Source: Eledone cirrhosa (lineage: Eukaryota). From it: a DNA stretch of 64,000 nt. Positions 1 to 10,100 of the stretch are shown piece by piece. The stretch covers positions 39,556,001 to 39,620,000 of the forward strand of contig OZ024742.1 of assembly GCA_964016885.1 (NCBI GenBank). The letters run 5' to 3'. The notes beneath the pieces are model-generated. The model was given only the letters and a program-made list of their open reading frames with translations, made no database searches and had not been told where the DNA came from. Made by a program: the position numbers and the translations under genes. The stretch's first letter is position 1; every line of letters begins with the position of its first letter.

Positions 1-136
1 CAGACTGTGAGGTGGTGCGCGGAATGTCCAGGGGCGCCAAAGTGGCGGGCGATGGGGAAACTACCACCGAGACGAATATCTCGGAGGTGTTCGGTAAACC
101 GGTCCGCCAGGCGACGTCCAGTCTGTCCGACGTAGG
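1..136 (-). pseudogene. GIY-YIG endonuclease domain (partial, disrupted)
   Basis: The minus strand reads TYVGQTGRRLADRFTEHLRDIRLGGSFPIARHFGAPGHSAHHLTV, containing the YIG-equivalent YVG motif, the conserved Arg and the EH motif. Confidence 0.9.
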
Positions 137-167
137 TTGTCCGACGTAGGTTGTCCGACGTAGGTTG
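124..167. repeat. Perfect 14-bp tandem triplication (TGTCCGACGTAGGT)x3 within the endonuclease coding region
   Basis: Identical copies at 124-137, 138-151 and 152-165, plus TG. Confidence 0.97.
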
Positions 168-176
168 GGGGGTGCA

Positions 177-290
177 GCGGAAGGCATGCCGGACAGAGAG
201 AGAGTGGCTGTTGGGACCCTGGAAGGTGGTGGTGTTGGTGATGTAGGGACAGGTGTTGCAACGGGGCCTGGAACAGGGAAGGGAACCGGG
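177..290 (-). pseudogene. Cys-rich (Zn-finger-like) RT-EN linker, CSRPRCNTC
   Basis: Minus strand 275->249 reads TGT TCC AGG CCC CGT TGC AAC ACC TGT = CSRPRCNTC, followed by PYITNTTTFQGP..HAFRC. A Cys-rich linker is characteristic of Neptune-group PLEs. Confidence 0.8.
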
Positions 291-559
291 GGGGAGCTGT
301 GGACGAGGAGGGTGCGGAGATTGCGTGCGCGTTTGAAGGAGGGGAGTGGTGGGGCTGGGAAGATATGGGAGGTGGAGGTGTCGGACTGGAGGCGTCGGAA
401 GAGGCGGAGGATGGTGCGGTGGAGGGGTATGGTGGAGGGGTGGTAGTTGATGGGGAAGGGGAGACGGTGGGTGGGTGTGAGGTGGCGTGGGTGAGGGTGG
501 TGGAGCGGTGGACATCACGGGCGCGGGCGAGAGCGGTGTGGACGAGAGGGGGTGGGGGG

Positions 560-857
560 TGTAACCTCTGCGGATGAAATGGCTTACTAGAGAAAGGGCC
601 TGGGACTCAAAGTCAGCATCTCGGCTACAGAGACGGGGTGGATCCTGAGGAGTTGGGAGTAGGGAATAGAGTGTTTAGTGTGGGTGGGGTGGGAAGAGGT
701 GAAGTCGAGGTAGGAGTGGGAGTCGGTGGGTTTGAAGAAGGCGGAGGTGACGAGGGAGTGGTGGGAGGGGTCGAAGGCGACGGAGATGTCTAAGAAGTGG
801 ACGTGGGTGGTGGAGATAGAGGTGGTGAAGTGAAGGGAGGGGTGGAAGGAGCAGAAA
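560..857 (-). pseudogene. PLE reverse transcriptase C-terminal/thumb region (catalytic YxDD region absent owing to 5' truncation)
   Basis: ORF 587..919(-) carries HPSLHFT, FLDISV, KPTDSHSYL and SSHPTHTKHSIPYSQLLRI. After a frameshift in the GGGG run at ~635-638 it continues RLCSRDADF...FIRRGY. Confidence 0.9.
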
Positions 858-860
858 TAT

Positions 861-1003
861 ATAGAACAAAGGAATTGTGGTAAGGAACCAGATGGACCAT
901 AACGCACCAGAGTACTCAATACTTACGGTAGTAGAGTTTGAAATAGGAAAATGTATGACCCCAACGGCAGAGCTCAAGCCGTTTCGAGGGCTATTTCTGG
1001 ACT
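861..1003 (-). mobile_element. Putative PLE pseudo-LTR / UTR segment joined to the truncated ORF
   Basis: Composition switches abruptly from GC-rich coding to more AT-rich sequence at ~860. The minus strand contains CTCGAAAC (988->981) and a GTAAGT donor-like site (926->921), and ends in TTTGTTCTATATAT at the junction. Its assignment to the PLE is inference. Confidence 0.5.
921..929 (-). promoter_or_regulatory. Candidate 5' splice donor ACC|GTAAGT
   Basis: The + strand ACTTAC at 921-926 is a perfect GTAAGT on the element's sense strand. PLEs are known to retain spliceosomal introns near their pLTRs, but the motif is short and could occur by chance. Confidence 0.3.
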
Positions 1004-1055
1004 CAGAAATAGCCGTCGATACGGCTTGAGCTCTGCCGTCGGGGTCATACTTTTT

Positions 1056-1060
<5 letters not shown>
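943..1060. repeat. Near-perfect inverted repeat / hairpin: 57-bp arms, 4-nt loop
   Basis: Arm 943-999 pairs with 1004-1060 at 53 of 57 positions (mismatches 952/1051, 963/1040, 983/1020, 988/1015). The loop is GACT, 1000-1003. Confidence 0.98.

Positions 1061-1093
<33 letters not shown>
1058..1093. repeat. (TA)18 microsatellite
   Basis: Uninterrupted TA run directly abutting the right hairpin arm. Confidence 0.98.
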
Positions 1094-1097
<4 letters not shown>

Positions 1098-1129
1098 CAT
1101 ATGTGTGCGTCAGTGTGTGTGTATGTATG
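1094..1129. repeat. Degenerate compound microsatellite linker (CATA/TG/TATG)
   Basis: CATACATATGTGTGCGTCAGTGTGTGTGTATGTATG leads directly into the first TTAAC of the satellite. Confidence 0.8.
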
Positions 1130-4100
1130 TTAACTGTGTTGTATGTATGTGTGTTTGTATATTAACTGTGTTGTATGTGTGTTTGTATATTAACTGTGTT
1201 GTATGAGTGTGTGTTTCTATATTAACTGTGTTGTATGTATGTGTGTTTGTATATTAACTGTGTTGTATGTATGTGTGTTTGTATATTAACTGTGTTGTAT
1301 GTATATATGTTTGTATATTAACTGTGTTGTATGTATGTATATGTTTGTATATTAACTGTGTTGTATGTATGTGTGTTTGTATATTAACTGTTTTGTATGT
1401 GTGTGTGTTTCTATATTAACTGTGTTGTATGTGTGTGTGTTTGTATATTAACTGTGGTTGTATGTATGTGTGTTTGTATATTAACCGTGTTGTATGTATG
1501 TGTGTTTGTATATTAACTGTGTTGTATGTATGTATATGTTTGTATATTAACTGTGTTGTATGTAAGTGTGTTTCTATATTAACTGTGTTGTATGTATGTG
1601 TGTGTGTATATTAACTGTGTTGTATGTATGTGTGTTTGTATATTAACTGTGTTGTATGTATGTGTGTTTGTATATTAACTGTGTTGTATGTATGTGTGTT
1701 TGTATATTAACTGTGTTGTATGTATGTGTGTTTGTATATTAACTGTGTTGTATGTATGTGTGTTTGTGTATTAACTGTGTTGCATGTATGTGTGTTTGTA
1801 TATTAACTGTGTTGTATGTATGTGTGTTTGTATATTAACTGTGTTGTATGTATGTGTGTTTGTATATTAACTGTGTTGTATGTATGTGTGTTTGTGTATT
1901 AACTGTGTTGCATGTATGTGTGTTTGTATATTAACTGTGTTGTATGTATGTGTGTTTGTATATTAACTGTGTTGTATGTATGTGTGTTTGTATATTAACT
2001 GTGTTGTATGTATGTGTGTTTGTATATTAACTGTGTTGTATGTATGTGCGTTTGTATATTAACTGTATTGTATGTATGTGTGTTTGTGTATTAACTGTGT
2101 TGCATGTATGTGTGTTTGTATAATAACTGTGTTGTATGTATGTGTGTTTGTATATTAACTGTGTTGTATGTATGTGTGTTTGTATAGTAACTGTGTTGTA
2201 TGTATGTGTGTTTGTATATTAACTGTGTTGTATGTGTGTGTGTTTGGATATTAACTGTGTTGTATGTGTGTGTGTTTGTATATTAACTGTGTTGTATGTA
2301 TGTGTGTTTGTATATTAATGTGTTGTATGTATGTGTGTTTGTATATTAACTGTGTTGTATGTGTGTATATGTTTGTATATTAACTGTGTTGTATGGGTGT
2401 GTGTTTGTATATTAACTGTGTTGTATGTATGTGTGTTTGTATATTAACTGTGTTGTATGTGTGTGTGTTTCTATATTAACTGTGTTGTATGTGTGTGTTT
2501 GTATATTAACTCTGTTGTATGTATGTGTGTTTGTATATTAACTGTGTTGTATGTGTGTGTGTTTCTATATTAACTGTGTTGTATGTATGTGTGTTTGTAT
2601 ATTAACTGTGTTGTATGTATGTGTGTTTGTATATTAACTGTGTTGTATGTATGTATATATGTTTGTATATTAACTGTGTTGTATGTATGTATATATGTTT
2701 GTATATTAACTGTGTTGTATGTATGTATATGTTTGTATATTAACTGTGTTGTATGTATGTGTGTTTGTATATTAACTGTGTTGTATGTATATGTTTGTAT
2801 ATTAACTGTGTTGTATGTATGTGTGTTTGTATATTAACTGTGTTGTATGTATGTATATGTTTGTATATTAACTGTGCTGTATGTGTGTGTGTTTCTATAT
2901 TAACTGTGTTGTATGTATGTATATGTTTGTATATTAACTGTGTTGTATGTATGTGTGTTTGTATATTAACTGTGTTGTATGTATGTGTGTTTGTATATTA
3001 ACTGTGTTGTATGTATGTGTGTTTGTGTATTAACTGTGTTTTATGTATGTGTGTTTGTATATTAACTGTGTTGTATGTATGTGTGTTTGTGTATTAACTG
3101 TGTTGCATGTATGTGTGTTTGTATATTAACTGTGTTGTATGTATGTGTGTTTGTATATTAACTGTGTTGTATGTATGTGTGTTTGTATATTAACTGTGTT
3201 GTATGTATGTGTGTTTGTATATTAACTGTGTTGTATGTATGTGTGTTTGTATATTAATGTGTTGTATGTATGTGTGTTTGTATATTAACTGTGTTGTATG
3301 TATGTATATGTTTGTATATTAACTGTGTTGTATGTGTGTGTGTTTGTATATTAACTGTGTTGTATGTATGTGTGTTTGTATATTAACTGTGTTGTATGTA
3401 TGTGTGTTTGTATGTTAACTGTGTTGTATGTATGTGTGTTTGTATATTAACTCTGTTGTATGTATGTGTATTTGTATATTAACTGTGTTGTATGTATGTG
3501 TGTTTGTATATTAACTGTGTTGTATGTATGTGTGTTTCTATATTAACTGTGTTGTATGTGTGTGTTTGTATATTAACTCTGTTGTATGTATGTGTGTTTG
3601 TATATTAACTGTGTTGTATGTGTGTGTGTTTCTATATTAACTGTGTTGTATGTATGTGTGTTTGTATATTAACTGTGTTGTATGTATGTGCGTTTGTATA
3701 TTAACTGTGTTGTATGTATGTATATATGTTTGTATATTAACTGTGTTGTATGTATCTATATATGTTTGTATATTAACTGTGTTGTATGTATGTATATGTT
3801 TGTATATTAACTGTGTTGTATGTATGTGTGTTTGTATATTAACTGTGTTGTATGTATATGTTTGTATATTAACTGTGTTGTATGTATGTGTGTTTGTATA
3901 TTAACTGTGTTGTATGTATGTATATGTTTGTATATTAACTGTGTTGTATGTATCTGTGTTTGTATATTAACTGTGTTGTATGTATGTGTGTTTGTATATT
4001 AACTGTGTTGTATGTATGTGTGTTTGTGTATTAACTGTGTTTTATGTATGTGTGTTTGTATATTAACTGTGTTGTATGTATGTGTGTTTGTGTATTAACT

Positions 4101-7100
4101 GTGTTGCATGTATGTGTGTTTGTATATTAACTGTGTTGTATGTATGTGTGTTTGTATATTAACTGTGTTGTATGTATGTGTGTTTGTATATTAACTGTGT
4201 TGTATGTATGTGTGTTTGTATATTAACTGTGTTGTATGTATGTGTGTTTGTATATTAACTGTGTTGTATGTGTGTGTGTTTGGATATTAACTGTGTTGTA
4301 TGTGTGTGTGTTTGTATATTAACTGTGTTGTATGTATGTGTGTTTGTATATTAATGTGTTGTATGTATGTGTGTTTGTATATTAACTGTGTTGTATGTAT
4401 GTATATGTTTGTATATTAACTGTGTTGTATGTGTGTGTGTTTGTATATTAACTGTGTTGTATGTATGTGTGTTTGTATATTAACTGTGTTGTATGTATGT
4501 GTGTTTGTATGTTAACTGTGTTGTATGTATGTGTGTTTGTATATTAACTGTGTTGTATGTATATATGTTTGTATATTAACTGTGTTGTATGTATGTATAT
4601 GTTTGTATATTAACTGTGTTGTATGTATGTGTGTTTGTATATTAACTGTTTTGTATGTGTGTGTGTTTCTATATTAACTGTGTTGTATGTGTGTGTGTTT
4701 GTATATTAACTGTGGTTGTATGTATGTGTGTTTGCATATTAACCGTGTTGTATGTATGTGTGTTTGTATATTAACTGTGTTGTATGTATGTATATGTTTG
4801 TATATTAACTGTGTTGTATGTATGTGTGTTTCTATATTAACTGTGTTGTATGTATGTGTGTGTGTATATTAACTGTGTTGTATGTATGTGTGTTTGTATA
4901 TTAACTGTGTTGTATGTATGTGTGTTTGTATATTAACTGTGTTGTATGTATGTGTGTTTGTATATTAACTGTGTTGTATGTATGTGTGTTTGTATATTAA
5001 CTGTGTTGTATGTATGTGTGTTTGTGTATTAACTGTGTTGCATGTATGTGTGTTTGTATATTAACTGTGTTGTATGTATGTGTGTTTGTATATTAACTGT
5101 GTTGTATGTGTGTTTGTATATTAACTGTGTTGTATGTATGTGTGTTTGTATATTAACTGTGTTGTATGTATGTGTGTTTGTATATTAACTGTGTTGTATG
5201 TATGTGTGTTTGTGTATTAACTGTGTTGCATGTATGTGTGTTTGTATATTAACTGTGTTGTATGTATGTGTGTTTGTATATTAACTGTGTTGTATGTATG
5301 TGTGTTTTTATATTAACTGTGTTGTATGTATGTGTGTTTGTATATTAACTGTGTTGTATGTATGTGCGTTTGTATATTAACTGTATTGTATGTATGTGTG
5401 TTTGTGTATTAACTGTGTTGCATGTATGTGTGTTTGTATATTAACTGTGTTGTATGTATGTGTGTTTGTATATTAACTGTGTTGTATGTATGTGTGTTTG
5501 TATAGTAACTGTGTTGTATGTATGTGTGTTTGTATATTAACTGTGTTGTATGTGTGTGTGTTTGGATATTAACTGTGTTGTATGTGTGTGTGTTTGTATA
5601 TTAACTGTGTTGTATGTATGTGTGTTTGTATATTAATGTGTTGTATGTATGTGTGTTTGTATATTAACTGTGTTGTATGTATGTATATGTTTGTATATTA
5701 ACTGTGTTGTATGTGTGTGTGTTTGTATATTAACTGTGTTGTATGTATGTGTGTTTGTATATTAACTGTGTTGTATGTATGTGTGTTTGTATGTTAACTG
5801 TGTTGTATGTATGTGTGTTTGTATATTAACTCTGTTGTATGTATGTGTATTTGTATATTAACTGTGTTGTATGTATGTGTGTTTGTATATTAACTGTGTT
5901 GTATGTGTGTGTGTTTCTATATTAACTGTGTTGTATGTGTGTGTTTGTATATTAACTCTGTTGTATGTATGTGTGTTTGTATATTAACTGTGTTGTATGT
6001 GTGTGTGTTTCTATATTAACTGTGTTGTATGTATGTGTGTTTGTATATTAACTGTGTTGTATGTATGTGTGTTTGTATATTAACTGTGTTGTATGTATGT
6101 ATATATGTTTGTATATTAACTGTGTTGTATGTATGTATATATGTTTGTATATTAACTGTGTTGTATGTATGTATATTTTTTGTATATTAACTGTGTTGTA
6201 TGTATGTGTGTTTGTATATTAACTGTGTTGTATGTATATGTTTGTATATTAACTGTGTTGTATGTATGTGTGTTTGTATATTAACTGTGTTGTATGTATG
6301 TATATGTTTGTATATTAACTGTGTTGTATGTGTGTGTGTTTCTATATTAACTGTGTTGTATGTATGTATATGTTTGTATATTAACTGTGTTGTATGTATG
6401 TGTGTTTGTATATTAACTGTGTTGTATGTATGTGTGTTTGTATATTAACTGTGTTGTATGTATGTGTGTTTGTATATTAACTGTGTTGTATGTATGTGTG
6501 TTTGTATATTAACTGTGTTGTATGTATGTGTGTTTGTATATTAACTGTGTTGTATGTATGTGTGTTTGTATATTAACTGTGTTGTATGTGTGTGTGTTTG
6601 GATATTAACTGTGTTGTATGTGTGTGTGTTTGTATATTAACTGTGTTGTATGTATGTGTGTTTGTATATTAATGTGTTGTATGTATGTGTGTTTGTATAT
6701 TAACTGTGTTGTATGTATGTATATGTTTGTATATTAACTGTGTTGTATGTGTGTGTGTTTGTATATTAACTGTGTTGTATGTATGTGTGTTTGTATATTA
6801 ACTGTGTTGTATGTATGTGTGTTTGTATGTTAACTGTGTTGTATGTATGTGTGTTTGTATATTAACTCTGTTGTATGTATGTGTATTTGTATATTAACTG
6901 AGTTGTATGTATGTGTGTTTGTATATTAACTGTGTTGTATGTATGTGTGTTTCTATATTAACTGTGTTGTATGTGTGTGTTTGTATATTAACTCTGTTGT
7001 ATGTATGTGTGTTTGTATATTAACTGTGTTGTATGTGTGTGTGTTTCTATATTAACTGTGTTGTATGTATGTGTGTTTGTATATTAACTGTGTTGTATGT

Positions 7101-10100
7101 ATGTGCGTTTGTATATTAACTGTGTTGTATGTATGTATATATGTTTGTATATTAACTGTGTTGTATGTATCTATATATGTTTGTATATTAACTGTGTTGT
7201 ATGTATGTATATGTTTGTATATTAACTGTGTTGTATGTATGTGTGTTTGTATATTAACTGTGTTGTATGTATATGTTTGTATATTAACTGTGTTGTATGT
7301 ATGTGTGTTTGTATATTAACTGTGTTGTATGTATGTATATGTTTGTATATTAACTGTGTTGTATGTATCTGTGTTTGTATATTAACTGTGTTGTATGTAT
7401 GTGTGTTTGTATATTAACTGTGTTGTATGTATGTGTGTTTGTGTATTAACTGTGTTTTATGTATGTGTGTTTGTATATTAACTGTGTTGTATGTATGTGT
7501 GTTTGTGTATTAACTGTGTTGCATGTATGTGTGTTTGTATATTAACTGTGTTGTATGTATGTGTGTTTGTATATTAACTGTGTTGTATGTATGTGTGTTT
7601 GTATATTAACTGTGTTGTATGTATGTGTGTTTGTATATTAACTGTGTTGTATGTGTGTGTGTTTGGATATTAACTGTGTTGTATGTGTGTGTGTTTGTAT
7701 ATTAACTGTGTTGTATGTATGTGTGTTTGTATATTAATGTGTTGTATGTATGTGTGTTTGTATATTAACTGTGTTGTATGTATGTATATGTTTGTATATT
7801 AACTGTGTTGTATGTATGTATATGTTTGTATATTAACTGTGTTGTATGTATGTGTGTTTGTATATTAACTGTGTTGTATGTATGTGTGTTTGTGTATTAA
7901 CTGTGTTGTATGTATGTGTGTTTGTATGTTAACTGTGTTGTATGTATGTGTGTTTGTATATTAACTGTGTTGTATGTATATATGTTTGTATATTAACTGT
8001 GTTGTATGTATGTATATGTTTGTATATTAACTGTGTTGTATGTATGTGTGTTTGTATATTAACTGTTTTGTATGTGTGTGTGTTTCTATATTAACTGTGT
8101 TGTATGTGTGTGTGTTTGTATATTAACTGTGGTTGTATGTATGTGTGTTTGTATATTAACCGTGTTGTATGTATGTGTGTTTGTATATTAACTGTGTTGT
8201 ATGTATGTATATGTTTGTATATTAACTGTGTTGTATGTATGTGTGTTTCTATATTAACTGTGTTGTATGTATGTGTGTGTGTATATTAACTGTGTTGTAT
8301 GTATGTGTGTTTGTATATTAACTGTGTTGTATGTATGTGTGTTTGTATATTAACTGTGTTGTATGTATGTGTGTTTGTGTATTAACTGTGTTGCATGTAT
8401 GTGTGTTTGTATATTAACTGTGTTGTATGTATGTGTGTTTGTATATTAACTGTGTTGTATGTATGTGTGTTTGTATATTAACTGTGTTGTATGTATGTGT
8501 GTTTGTATATTAACTGTGTTGTATGTATGTGTGTTTGTATATTAACTGTGTTGTATGTATGTGTGTTTGTGTATTAACTGTGTTGCATGTATGTGTGTTT
8601 GTATATTAACTGTGTTGTATGTATGTGTGTTTGTATATTAACTGTGTTGTATGTATGTGTGTTTTTATATTAACTGTGTTGTATGTATGTGTGTTTGTAT
8701 ATTAACTGTGTTGTATGTATGTGCGTTTGTATATTAACTGTATTGTATGTATGTGTGTTTGTGTATTAACTGTGTTGCATGTATGTGTGTTTGTATATTA
8801 ACTGTGTTGTATGTATGTGTGTTTGTATATTAACTGTGTTGTATGTATGTGTGTTTGTATAGTAACTGTGTTGTATGTATGTGTGTTTGTATATTAACTG
8901 TGTTGTATGTGTGTGTGTTTGGATATTAACTGTGTTGTATGTGTGTGTGTTTGTATATTAACTGTGTTGTATGTATGTGTGTTTGTATATTAACTGTGTT
9001 GTATGTATGTGTGTTTGTATGTTAACTGTGTTGTATGTATGTGTGTTTGTATATTAACTCTGTTGTATGTATGTGTATTTGTATATTAACTGTGTTGTAT
9101 GTATGTGTGTTTGTATATTAACTGTGTTGTATGTGTGTGTGTTTCTATATTAACTGTGTTGTATGTGTGTGTTTGTATATTAACTCTGTTGTATGTATGT
9201 GTGTTTGTATATTAACTGTGTTGTATGTGTGTGTGTTTCTATATTAACTGTGTTGTATGTATGTGTGTTTGTATATTAACTGTGTTGTATGTATGTGTGT
9301 TTGTATATTAACTGTGTTGTATGTATGTATATATGTTTGTATATTAACTGTGTTGTATGTATGTATATATGTTTGTATATTAACTGTGTTGTATGTATGT
9401 ATATTTTTTGTATATTAACTGTGTTGTATGTATGTGTGTTTGTATATTAACTGTGTTGTATGTATATGTTTGTATATTAACTGTGTTGTATGTATGTGTG
9501 TTTGTATATTAACTGTGTTGTATGTATGTATATGTTTGTATATTAACTGTGTTGTATGTGTGTGTGTTTCTATATTAACTGTGTTGTATGTATGTATATG
9601 TTTGTATATTAACTGTGTTGTATGTATGTGTGTTTGTATATTAACTGTGTTGTATGTATGTGTGTTTGTATATTAACTGTGTTGTATGTATGTGTGTTTG
9701 TGTATTAACTGTGTTTTATGTATGTGTGTTTGTATATTAACTGTGTTGTATGTATGTGTTTGTGTATTAACTGTGTTGCATGTATGTGTGTTTGTATATT
9801 AACTGTGTTGTATGTATGTGTGTTTGTATATTAACTGTGTTGTATGTATGTGTGTTTGTATATTAACTGTGTTGTATGTATGTGTGTTTGTATATTAACT
9901 GTGTTGTATGTATGTGTGTTTGTATATTAACTGTGTTGTATGTGTGTGTGTTTGGATATTAACTGTGTTGTATGTGTGTGTGTTTGTATATTAACTGTGC
10001 TGTATGTATGTGTGTTTGTATATTAATGTGTTGTATGTATGTGTGTTTGTATATTAACTGTGTTGTATGTATGTATATGTTTGTATATTAACTGTGTTGT

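Larger units (their letters stand above)
1..860 (-). mobile_element. Penelope-like retroelement (Neptune-type) fragment, 5'-truncated and frameshifted: RT C-terminus/thumb + Cys-rich linker + GIY-YIG endonuclease; continues beyond the left window edge
   Basis: Minus-strand translation joined across frameshifts: FHPSLHFT..VHFLDISV..LVTSAFFKPTDSHSYLDFTSSHPTHTKHSIPYSQLLRI / RLCSRDADFESQALSLVSHFIRRGY / PPLVHTALARAR / RLPFPINYHP..FKRARNLRTLLVHS / PGSLPCSRPRCNTCPYI / YVGQTGRRLADRFTEHLRDIR..PIARHF..PGH. These match PLE motifs I recognise (FLD, KPTD..YL..S.HP, SIPYSQ.LR, RGY, YxGxT.R.L..R..EH). Confidence 0.93.

Noticed and set aside
165-577. Plus-strand ORFs 165..446 and 299..577
   Set aside because: They are Gly/Arg/Val-rich antisense shadows of the C-rich PLE coding strand.
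1-860. Active, intact PLE ORF
   Set aside because: It lacks the RT catalytic core and has multiple frameshifts and a disrupted GIY-YIG motif.
861-1060. Intact hammerhead ribozyme, tRNA or rho-independent terminator
   Set aside because: There is no CUGANGA core on either strand and no cloverleaf. A 57-bp stem in a eukaryotic context is not a bacterial terminator.
675-1133. ORFs 675..1100(-) and 951..1133(+) sharing YDPxGRAQAVS
   Set aside because: The similarity is a by-product of the DNA palindrome, and both run through (TA)n.
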